From a virus (lineage: Duplodnaviria; Caudoviricetes), in the IMG/VR virus record IMGVR_UViG_3300032330_000150, positions 1 through 26,828 of that record: 26,828 bases of DNA; one strand, given 5' to 3'. The notes beneath the pieces were generated by a model. That model worked only from the letters and a program-made list of their open reading frames with translations, was not told where the DNA came from and ran no database searches. Positions 1-6,070 of the stretch are shown piece by piece. Every line of letters begins with the position of its first letter. The stretch's first letter is position 1. A program made the position numbers and the translations under genes.

Positions 1-188
1 ATATCCAAAAATTTACAAACTTGCAAACCTAATTCAAAGCATAAGGTATGTTTACCTCTTACCCATTGTCTTACGCAAGTTAAAGTAACATCAAGTTCTT
101 CAGCTAAATCTTGATTAGATAATTTCCTTTCTTGCATTCTTTGAATTATCATCATCTGCAAGTTTTTTTTAAATCTTTCAATTGTCAT
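1..188 (-). CDS. XRE/Cro-CI family helix-turn-helix protein (3' end runs off the window; not in ORF track)
   Basis: Manual translation from ATG at 188: MTIERFKKNLQMMIIQRMQERKLSNQDLAEELDVTLTCVRQWVRGKHTLCFELGLQVCKFLD..., matching the XRE pattern LSxxDLAxxLxVTxxxVxxWxRG. Start overlaps the end of the upstream ORF. Confidence 0.85.
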   Translation of the reverse strand, partial: MTIERFKKNLQMMIIQRMQERKLSNQDLAEELDVTLTCVRQWVRGKHTLCFELGLQVCKFLD

Positions 189-948
189 CTTCTATCGGTT
201 TAATTTTTCCTTCACTATTTATTCTTGCATCAAAATCAGCCAACTGATTAGCCAATAAAATATAAGACTGCATTCGGCAATGGTTCTTGCGTTCTTCTTC
301 GTTTTCAATCCCCGCATTTTTTCGCCAAATCTCTAGCATTTCTTCCTTAGATATTGTCTGGATACCAAATTTCACAAGCATTTTGTAAAGTTCACTTAAT
401 CCTCCAGTCATCCAATTAAATGTTTTACCGGTATCTTTTGCCTTCTTCACCTTATCAGCAAAATCATTAATAATTTCAATAGCTTGAAGTTTTAATACTT
501 CATCGCTTGGCTTTGGCAATGGTTCATCTTCAACTACTCGCTGGCTAATAATCCTTGTTTCCTGTGCTGAAAACTCTAAGTACTTTGCCATTATTCTACC
601 AAAAAATTCACAAGAAAAGTTCTCATAGCATTTAGCATCAACTTGAAGCTTTCCAGCTACTGCCATATCAAAAGCTAATTTGATTTGAGCAATCGTTACA
701 TTTGCAAAATTTGTTTTTATAAAATTAATCAATACAAACTTCTCTTCTTCAGTTGGCATATTATTTGCTCGTAATCCAACTAAAAGCATCGAATAGCGTA
801 ACACTTGCTTTAAATCATTTTCATCGCTTAAACGTAAAGTCTGACCCTTGCTTGCAAGCATTAACTGCTCAGCCAAAGCATTACCAGTTCCGTAAGGCTT
901 CCATTCTTGCGGCAGATGTTCCGAGCGGTTTGTTGTTGTCAGTTCCAT
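178..948 (-). CDS. Replication-associated protein, possible helicase loader partner of the initiator
   Basis: 256-aa ORF overlapping the 3' end of the initiator gene (lambda O-P-like position). Function is inferred from position only. Confidence 0.45.
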   Translation of the reverse strand: MELTTTNRSEHLPQEWKPYGTGNALAEQLMLASKGQTLRLSDENDLKQVLRYSMLLVGLRANNMPTEEEKFVLINFIKTNFANVTIAQIKLAFDMAVAGKLQVDAKCYENFSCEFFGRIMAKYLEFSAQETRIISQRVVEDEPLPKPSDEVLKLQAIEIINDFADKVKKAKDTGKTFNWMTGGLSELYKMLVKFGIQTISKEEMLEIWRKNAGIENEEERKNHCRMQSYILLANQLADFDARINSEGKIKPIEDDN

Positions 949-1549
949 TAGTTTTAAATTTAGTTGAGTTAGTGATCCAAGTTTTTATTCTTCTTTCAAT
1001 ATTAAAAAATTTTTCCATTTCCCATCGCTCTTTGCCTTTGTTATTTTTTTCAGTCCAGTAAGAATAGAAATTTTCATATTCATTATTTAAGTCAGCAATG
1101 AATGGCGAAAGCATTTCGCTAAACTCTTCTTTACTTTCTTTTACTTTATTTACTTTACTTTCTTTTACTTTATCAGCATTACGAACAAGTTCTGAACGCG
1201 TTACATTTTCGGTAACTGCTTGATTATCACGCCATTCGGAAATGCGTTTTGCGTTTTTTTCTTTAGAAACTTGATACTTTTTACTAAAGTTTAGCAGTTG
1301 TTTGTTAAAAGTTTCTCCATTATTTGTAGAAATCAAATCAATTTCTTCTAAAAACTTCCAAACTTTCTCTAATTTTTTGCCAACATTAAGCTGGTGTTTA
1401 AGAACATTTGTCTTAATTGGCTTCTCTTGAAGAGCAAGTTTTTCAAGGATCGTGTAGAACAATCCAAGTCCTTCATAACCAAACTCAAGATATAGTTCAG
1501 TTATTTTTTCATCGTTAAACGAATTTGAATCGTGTAGGTAATACTTCAT
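881..1549 (-). CDS. Phage replication initiator-like protein (Lin1244/Lin1753-like, DUF4373-type N-terminus)
   Basis: N-terminal KYYLHDSNSFNDEKI..L..EFGYEGLGLFYTILEKL motif, a low-complexity K/E/S/V linker with DNA repeats, and a C-terminal FYSYW...W..RIKTW domain typical of phage replisome organisers. Confidence 0.7.
   Translation of the reverse strand: MKYYLHDSNSFNDEKITELYLEFGYEGLGLFYTILEKLALQEKPIKTNVLKHQLNVGKKLEKVWKFLEEIDLISTNNGETFNKQLLNFSKKYQVSKEKNAKRISEWRDNQAVTENVTRSELVRNADKVKESKVNKVKESKEEFSEMLSPFIADLNNEYENFYSYWTEKNNKGKERWEMEKFFNIERRIKTWITNSTKFKTNGTDNNKPLGTSAARMEALRNW
1129..1217. repeat. Candidate replication origin inside the initiator gene
   Basis: 21-bp direct repeat CTTTACTTTCTTTTACTTTAT at 1129-1149 and 1153-1173, next to GTTAC/GTAAC/ATTAC elements at about 1178-1217. 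Confidence 0.5.
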
Positions 1550-1558
1550 TTATATAAT

Positions 1559-1598
1559 AAAAAAAGCCAGACAATGCGTGGTAGAGCAAAGCTGGCTT
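1559..1598 (-). terminator. Intrinsic terminator/attenuator immediately upstream of the initiator ATG
   Basis: AAGCCAG...CTGGCTT stem (1598-1564) running into a U7 tract on the minus strand, about 10 nt before ATG 1549. Confidence 0.7.
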
Positions 1599-1651
1599 CG
1601 GTTTTTTAAACCATTAAAATAACCCAAGTGCTACCACCCGCTTGGCTTATT
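1559..1651 (-). ncRNA. Putative structured leader RNA with three hairpins and complementary loops
   Basis: Hairpin 1 (1651-1618, loop GGUGGUAG), hairpin 2 (1612-1600), hairpin 3 (1598-1564, loop UCUACCAC). The loops of 1 and 3 are complementary over 7 nt. Confidence 0.6.
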
Positions 1652-1656
1652 GTATT

Positions 1657-1687
1657 ACAATATACTAATCCTCTATTAACTTCACAA
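1657..1687 (-). promoter_or_regulatory. Bacteroidetes-type sigma promoter, variant -7 box
   Basis: TATATTGT (1664-1657) resembles TAnnTTTG, with TTG 20 nt upstream. It overlaps the inverted repeat TATTGTA-T-TACAATA (1648-1662). Confidence 0.5.
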
Positions 1688-1934
1688 GTCTTTTGCGAAA
1701 TATTCCAGCATATAATGGAAAGTCTTTCTCAAATAATCTGGCATAGTCAGAAGTGTAAGTGTTATTAACTTTAAATCCATCGTTACCACTTACCATTGTT
1801 TGCCAACGGATAACTTCGAAGATTTGCTTTGCTCCAATGTGCTTATAGCCTCGATTGATTAATTGGAATGCCAAACGCTTAAACTCTGTATAGACGCTTG
1901 GGTTGTTTTGATGGTACTGCTTGAAGCTTTTCAT
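1665..1934 (-). CDS. Conserved hypothetical phage protein
   Basis: 89 aa with FxxYHxxNPxVY...IFEVIRW...FKVNN...YARLF pattern that I recall from other phages; function unknown. Confidence 0.7.
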   Translation of the reverse strand: MKSFKQYHQNNPSVYTEFKRLAFQLINRGYKHIGAKQIFEVIRWQTMVSGNDGFKVNNTYTSDYARLFEKDFPLYAGIFRKRLVKLIED

Positions 1935-2019
1935 CTTTAATTAATTTAAGTTTACGATAGTTTTTTTCAAGTTCCTTAGCAAGATGCTCTTGCCATTGGT
2001 TAAAGGTTAGTTCTTTCAT
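1879..2019 (-). CDS. Small hypothetical protein, 46 aa (not in ORF track)
   Basis: MKELTFNQWQEHLAKELEKNYRKLKLIKDEKLQAVPSKQPKRLYRV; ATGA overlap with the upstream ORF; fills the gap in the operon. Confidence 0.65.
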   Translation of the reverse strand: MKELTFNQWQEHLAKELEKNYRKLKLIKDEKLQAVPSKQPKRLYRV

Positions 2020-2135
2020 AGGTTGAATAGATAAACGATTAGATAAATGATCCACATGGAAATCATTCCATATACTCCAAAGAAAGCCAGAACCTCGCTG
2101 GCCTTCTCGTGTTGTTTATTCTTACCTTGAGCCAT
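2016..2135 (-). CDS. Small membrane protein, 39 aa (not in ORF track)
   Basis: MAQGKNKQHEKASEVLAFFGVYGMISMWIIYLIVYLFNL; one hydrophobic helix; overlaps both neighbours. Confidence 0.65.
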   Translation of the reverse strand: MAQGKNKQHEKASEVLAFFGVYGMISMWIIYLIVYLFNL

Positions 2136-2313
2136 GTAATTTCTCGAGCATTAACTCTTTGATTTCTTGCATAACATCTTCGTTCTTGACCTTGCCATAT
2201 ACCACTTGTTGAACTAATGGCATATTGAACTCCCTTGCTGAAAATGGCTTAACTCCTTTTGAGTTTAGTCTATTAGCCACTTCTTGATATAAATCTAACT
2301 TTCTGATTTTCAT
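2122..2313 (-). CDS. Small putative DNA-binding protein (recombinase-domain-like HTH)
   Basis: YQEVANRLNSKGVKPFSAREFNMPLVQQVV resembles the 'IAxxLNxxGIxxxxGxxWxxxxVxxIL' helix motif. Confidence 0.5.
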   Translation of the reverse strand: MKIRKLDLYQEVANRLNSKGVKPFSAREFNMPLVQQVVYGKVKNEDVMQEIKELMLEKLHGSR

Positions 2314-2570
2314 AATGTAAATTCTTTTAACTCTCTAAATTCTTCTATTTTATCTCCATCACAAGATTCTAAAATCTTATCGTATTCTGGAGTTAATTCT
2401 AAAACTCCCAAGCATCTATTACCGGCTAACATATTAGTAACGTACTCATTTGCTTGCTCTTGCGAATCAAATTTCTTGCATTGATAGAAACTTCTTGCAA
2501 ACCATTTATCATCTCCTACGAAGTGATCCTCCCATCTAAATTCGTAGTAATTTGTTAAACTCCAAATCAT
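2310..2570 (-). CDS. Hypothetical protein
   Basis: 86-aa ORF with start/stop overlaps at both ends. Confidence 0.7.
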   Translation of the reverse strand: MIWSLTNYYEFRWEDHFVGDDKWFARSFYQCKKFDSQEQANEYVTNMLAGNRCLGVLELTPEYDKILESCDGDKIEEFRELKEFTL

Positions 2571-2863
2571 TAGAACTCCAAATCTGAATTATTAAACTCA
2601 TTAGCCATATCTCCGTTTAACGCTGGAGTTTCAGTATAAGTTGGCTTGGTATCGGTAGCTTCCCAAGTATCTAACTCGATATAGGCTTTACCATTTTGTG
2701 ACTTATTAACTTTTAGATTCACCCATCCTTTTTTAGAATGCTTTTGGATAAATGCAATCGCATCTTCTGATTTGATTGAGATGTTTCCGATTACAAAATC
2801 TGGTGCGTTATCTGAACGCTTGAAGATGAAACCATCTGCGAATACTTTTTCTTTCTTTTCCAT
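2570..2863 (-). CDS. Putative single-stranded DNA-binding protein
   Basis: Small beta-rich core, flexible tail and an acidic-aromatic C-terminus (NSDLEF, like the SSB DDxPF tip); located near the ERF gene. Confidence 0.6.
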   Translation of the reverse strand: MEKKEKVFADGFIFKRSDNAPDFVIGNISIKSEDAIAFIQKHSKKGWVNLKVNKSQNGKAYIELDTWEATDTKPTYTETPALNGDMANEFNNSDLEF

Positions 2864-3027
2864 TACTTTTTAAGTTGTTGTTTACGGTTATTGATTAAGT
2901 TTAATACTTCTGGTTTTTCTGCTATTTCGGTTTCGTGAGCAAAAAATAAATCATTAAGATTTGAAAGCGTAGTACATTCATTAATTTTTTCTTGCCAATT
3001 AAAAACTAGAGTTATATTAGATTCCAT
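2863..3027 (-). CDS. 54-aa paralogue of the ERF C-terminal helical domain (not in ORF track)
   Basis: MESNITLVFNWQEKINECTTLSNLNDLFFAHETEIAEKPEVLNLINNRKQQLKK; TAATG overlaps at both ends; 12 identities in an ungapped 39-aa alignment to the ERF C-terminus. Confidence 0.75.
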   Translation of the reverse strand: MESNITLVFNWQEKINECTTLSNLNDLFFAHETEIAEKPEVLNLINNRKQQLKK

Positions 3028-3569
3028 TATTTTAAAAATGATTTACGGTTTGAAAATAATTTGATTTGCTCTGGAGTTAATTCATAATCAGAACTTACTT
3101 GCTTATAATAAGCATTTAGCTTCTCAATAGATGATGTAGCATTAATGCTTGATGCAATGATAACATCATCAATCTTTGGTTTTGCTTGAACTGATTCTTT
3201 AACTTGAGTACCAGAAGCATCTGTATCTTTGTCTGTAATAATACCAAGCATTGAACTCAAAGCATATCTTCTAAAGTAAGTTACTCCCGATCCATACGCT
3301 TGATAATCATTCATATTCCCAAGTTTTACTTTTGGAATCTGAGTGAAGCTTTCAAGTTGCTCGCCACTATCAACATGAAATAAGATAGTCTTAATGCCAT
3401 CGTTCTCCAGTAATTGTGTGAAGCAAAGCTTGTGTTTCTTTAGCAATGGATTAATAACGCTAAAGATTTGAGGAAGGTCAGCATAAGTATAGTTATGACC
3501 TTTTGTATCCTTGTGGATAATTGGACATTCATTTTGGAAGTCCGAGAGAGATTTGATTAGGTTTTTCAT
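3027..3569 (-). CDS. erf: ERF-family single-strand annealing protein
   Basis: YTYADLPQI...INPLLKKHKL and QAYGSGVTYFRRYALSSMLGIITDKDTD, matching the ERF signature GSxxTYxRRYxLxxxxGIxxxxDxD. Confidence 0.9.
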   Translation of the reverse strand: MKNLIKSLSDFQNECPIIHKDTKGHNYTYADLPQIFSVINPLLKKHKLCFTQLLENDGIKTILFHVDSGEQLESFTQIPKVKLGNMNDYQAYGSGVTYFRRYALSSMLGIITDKDTDASGTQVKESVQAKPKIDDVIIASSINATSSIEKLNAYYKQVSSDYELTPEQIKLFSNRKSFLK

Positions 3570-3574
3570 ATTGA

Positions 3575-3805
3575 TTAAGTTAAAGTGATTTTAAAATTAA
3601 CTGATTGATATTCAAAATTAAAGACAATCCAGCTTTTTGTTATAATTGCTTCATCTACAAATTTGAATCCAATATCTTTTGGATGCTTGTTATCATATCC
3701 TTGTAAGCTGATATGGTCTGACATAATGTGAATTGAATAGAAGTAGTTAATATCTACTTTGTGTTCTTCAATAAAGTTTTTTAATACTGCAAATTTAGTT
3801 TCCAT
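3575..3805 (-). CDS. Hypothetical protein
   Basis: 76-aa ORF in the early operon with an A-rich leader. Confidence 0.7.
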   Translation of the reverse strand: METKFAVLKNFIEEHKVDINYFYSIHIMSDHISLQGYDNKHPKDIGFKFVDEAIITKSWIVFNFEYQSVNFKITLT

Positions 3806-3950
3806 TGTTTAAAAATTTAATAAAGATTGATTTTGATTTTTGACACTCGTGTTGGATAATATCCTTGATAGTCCAAAGTTCGTGATTGAAAGACCAGGTC
3901 ATTGTGTAATAACCGGCTTCATCCTTGAATTGTGCTTTGATAATTTTCAT
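3795..3950 (-). CDS. Small hypothetical protein, 51 aa (not in ORF track)
   Basis: MKIIKAQFKDEAGYYTMTWSFNHELWTIKDIIQHECQKSKSIFIKFLNNGN; ATGA overlap with the upstream ORF. Confidence 0.65.
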   Translation of the reverse strand: MKIIKAQFKDEAGYYTMTWSFNHELWTIKDIIQHECQKSKSIFIKFLNNGN

Positions 3951-4072
3951 AGGTTTTCAATGATTGAAACGATTGATAATAATAAGATTAATCCAGCGAA
4001 AGTTTTAATTGCTGGAATGATGTCGGCTGATGTGAAATCTTCGCCTAACATTAGTGAGATAAAGTTTTTCAT
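3947..4072 (-). CDS. Small membrane protein, 41 aa, first gene of the early operon (not in ORF track)
   Basis: MKNFISLMLGEDFTSADIIPAIKTFAGLILLLSIVSIIENL; C-terminal hydrophobic helix; leader AATAAACCTTATCAAAATG. Confidence 0.65.
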   Translation of the reverse strand: MKNFISLMLGEDFTSADIIPAIKTFAGLILLLSIVSIIENL

Positions 4073-4111
4073 TTTGATAAGGTTTATTCGATTGCTTCGT
4101 TGCTTTCGATG

Positions 4112-4123
4112 TGTAATATTACA
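4112..4123. promoter_or_regulatory. Perfect 12-bp palindrome, candidate operator or early promoter
   Basis: TGTAATATTACA, about 40 nt upstream of ATG 4072 and downstream of a terminator. Confidence 0.45.
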
Positions 4124-4173
4124 AAGAAGATTCTAAATAAAAAAACTTTTTTAAATATTTTTTATCAATCAAC

Positions 4174-4205
4174 AAAAAAGGACATCAGTAAAACCGACAT
4201 CCTTT
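4174..4205 (-). terminator. Intrinsic terminator
   Basis: AAAGGAUGUCGGU-UUU-ACUGAUGUCCUUU stem (G.U pairs work only on the minus strand) ending in a U6 tract. Confidence 0.8.
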
Positions 4206-4241
4206 CCTTTTAACTAAACCTATTATCACTATGAAAACTCT
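4174..4241 (-). ncRNA. Putative approx. 65-nt antisense small RNA
   Basis: Lies between a perfect TATATTTG box and a terminator. Its 5' half is complementary to the start region of the gene at 4072. Confidence 0.55.
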
Positions 4242-4243
4242 TA

Positions 4244-4251
4244 CAAATATA
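4244..4251 (-). promoter_or_regulatory. Bacteroidetes -7 promoter element
   Basis: TATATTTG is an exact TAnnTTTG match directly after the stop codon at 4252; TTG lies 23 nt upstream (4277-4275). Confidence 0.65.
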
Positions 4252-5406
4252 TTAAAATATATGAGAAAGCCTTGCAACTTGTCCAAATTCTTTATGATGA
4301 ATAAATCCTTCAACTGCTTTGGTAGCATGTTGGTATCCGTTACGATGATGCCAAGAATCAGTTCCAGATGGTGATCTAAGTGATTCAATTGTAACTCCTA
4401 TATAATCCTTGCTTACTTTGTGATGTAGGTGATGGCTATAAACATATTTATGCTCCGTATTAGCCCATAATTCTTTTGCTTCAACTGCCATAAGTAAAGG
4501 CAAGTCTTGTGGCTTTGCTCCATCGCCGTGAGTGCTACCAATTAAATTGCTACCATACCGGTAGTATTTACGATGTGCAATTGAACAATCAAAGGTAATA
4601 TTGCCATTTAATCTAAACCAACTTTGAATAACATCTGCAAGAAAGAATCCACTTTGATAATCGTGATTACTTGGATTAAAAACAAAATGAATATCTGCTA
4701 CTTGTAAAAGCAATTCAATTACTTCAACATATAGCTTCTTGGCACATAAGAAATTCTCATAAAACATCCCATCAGTGTCTTGTGGTGTACCACTCGTAGT
4801 TGTTCGCTTGGCTGAATCAGTATGTAATATATCATTACCAGCTATAAATAAAATTTGGTCAATATTGAACCCTTGTGCTTTTTGAATGATTCCACGAACT
4901 CCATCCAATACTCTTTTTGTAGCAATCTCCACATTGTATGAATCACCAGTTTCGTAAGCAGTAGCAAGCTTCCCAATGTGTATATCAGCAGGATCAACAA
5001 CAAGTAAATGACCATCACTAATATTTGTCCTAATAATATTAGGATAAACTGGGGAGTATTCTTGCATGCTCGCAATAACCTCATCTCTGATTTCCTCATA
5101 GGTTTTAGCTTTATCGCCTTTAACATGAACTGAATATTGCTTTCCCTTATACCAGTAGTTTGAAACATTCTCTACCGGTAAGCCAACTGCCTCGCATTCT
5201 GTTGTAAGTGCTGGATGATTATTAGTTTTCTTATACCTTTGAACTCTACGAAGCAAAGCTATTCTTAAACGTTCCTTGTCGGTATCGGGATATAAACTTA
5301 CTAAATGCCGAACAATAGCACCTTGAGTTTGAAATTTACCAGACTTATATAATTCCAAAGCCTCTTGGCTTATTTCTTCAGAAGTCTTATTTTCTTCCTT
5401 GCTCAT
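4252..5406 (-). CDS. Calcineurin-like metallophosphoesterase with N-terminal extension
   Basis: Motifs ADIHIG, GNDILH, SNHD, HGD and HHLHH in canonical order. Confidence 0.8.
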   Translation of the reverse strand: MSKEENKTSEEISQEALELYKSGKFQTQGAIVRHLVSLYPDTDKERLRIALLRRVQRYKKTNNHPALTTECEAVGLPVENVSNYWYKGKQYSVHVKGDKAKTYEEIRDEVIASMQEYSPVYPNIIRTNISDGHLLVVDPADIHIGKLATAYETGDSYNVEIATKRVLDGVRGIIQKAQGFNIDQILFIAGNDILHTDSAKRTTTSGTPQDTDGMFYENFLCAKKLYVEVIELLLQVADIHFVFNPSNHDYQSGFFLADVIQSWFRLNGNITFDCSIAHRKYYRYGSNLIGSTHGDGAKPQDLPLLMAVEAKELWANTEHKYVYSHHLHHKVSKDYIGVTIESLRSPSGTDSWHHRNGYQHATKAVEGFIHHKEFGQVARLSHIF

Positions 5407-5638
5407 ATTCAGTCATTAATTGATCCACCAAAAATTCAATATTATTATTTAATTTCATTTTTAAAACAAAGGTTGAATCATCAGAATCTTTTACGGATTC
5501 TAAGACATCAAGCATCGTTCCGAGCATTACCGATGTAGTTAATCTATCTGGTTCGTGCTTTTCCATTGGTTCAACTCTTATTTCGTACATAGTATTATTA
5601 AAATTGTAGTAGACAATATAAAGAAATTTCTTTGCCAT
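5387..5638 (-). CDS. Hypothetical protein (true start may be the internal MYEIR or MEKHE)
   Basis: ORF bridges the lysis cassette and the phosphoesterase, overlapping both. Confidence 0.55.
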   Translation of the reverse strand: MAKKFLYIVYYNFNNTMYEIRVEPMEKHEPDRLTTSVMLGTMLDVLESVKDSDDSTFVLKMKLNNNIEFLVDQLMTEYEQGRK

Positions 5639-5934
5639 CCATTTCTTTTACGTTTACTTTCGCTTATAATAAACGACTTTTCTGTTTCGTATATCTTTGT
5701 TTGTCTATTAGCGTTATCGTTGTTTAAAATCGAAATATAAGCCGTATTAAGGCTATCTTTTCTTAATAATAACTTGCGCTCTTTTAAATCGTGAATTATT
5801 GTATCCATTAAAGTAACTGGAATACAAATTTGTTTACCTGTATGACCTGTAATTTTGTATGAAACTTGTCCTTTGGCTATCTGAATAAGTAAAAGGAATC
5901 CGATTAATAAAGGAATCGATTTTAATGATTTCAT
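5578..5934 (-). CDS. Putative spanin-like lysis accessory protein
   Basis: N-terminal signal peptide (..IAKG|Q), central coiled coil, C-terminal hydrophobic helix; overlaps the upstream ORF by 101 nt; follows the endolysin. Confidence 0.5.
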   Translation of the reverse strand: MKSLKSIPLLIGFLLLIQIAKGQVSYKITGHTGKQICIPVTLMDTIIHDLKERKLLLRKDSLNTAYISILNNDNANRQTKIYETEKSFIISESKRKRNGWQRNFFILSTTILIILCTK

Positions 5935-6070
5935 TCTTTGTAGTTATTTGTTGTGAGATTGGCAATGAATTAGGCTTTTTATTGTAGGATTTATAAATAA
6001 ATGCTACAAAAAACAAAAGCAGTAAACTTGTTACTGCCTTTATTAGATTAGAGTATTGGTCAAGATTCAT
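5834..6070 (-). CDS. Putative i-spanin-like membrane protein
   Basis: Single N-terminal TM (AVTSLLLLFFVAFIY) directly after the endolysin. Confidence 0.5.
   Translation of the reverse strand: MNLDQYSNLIKAVTSLLLLFFVAFIYKSYNKKPNSLPISQQITTKNEIIKIDSFINRIPFTYSDSQRTSFIQNYRSYR

Noticed and set aside
4185-4388. 67-aa minus-strand ORF overlapping the phosphoesterase end
   Set aside because: Out-of-frame overlap that runs through a promoter box and ends inside the terminator; no recognisable features.
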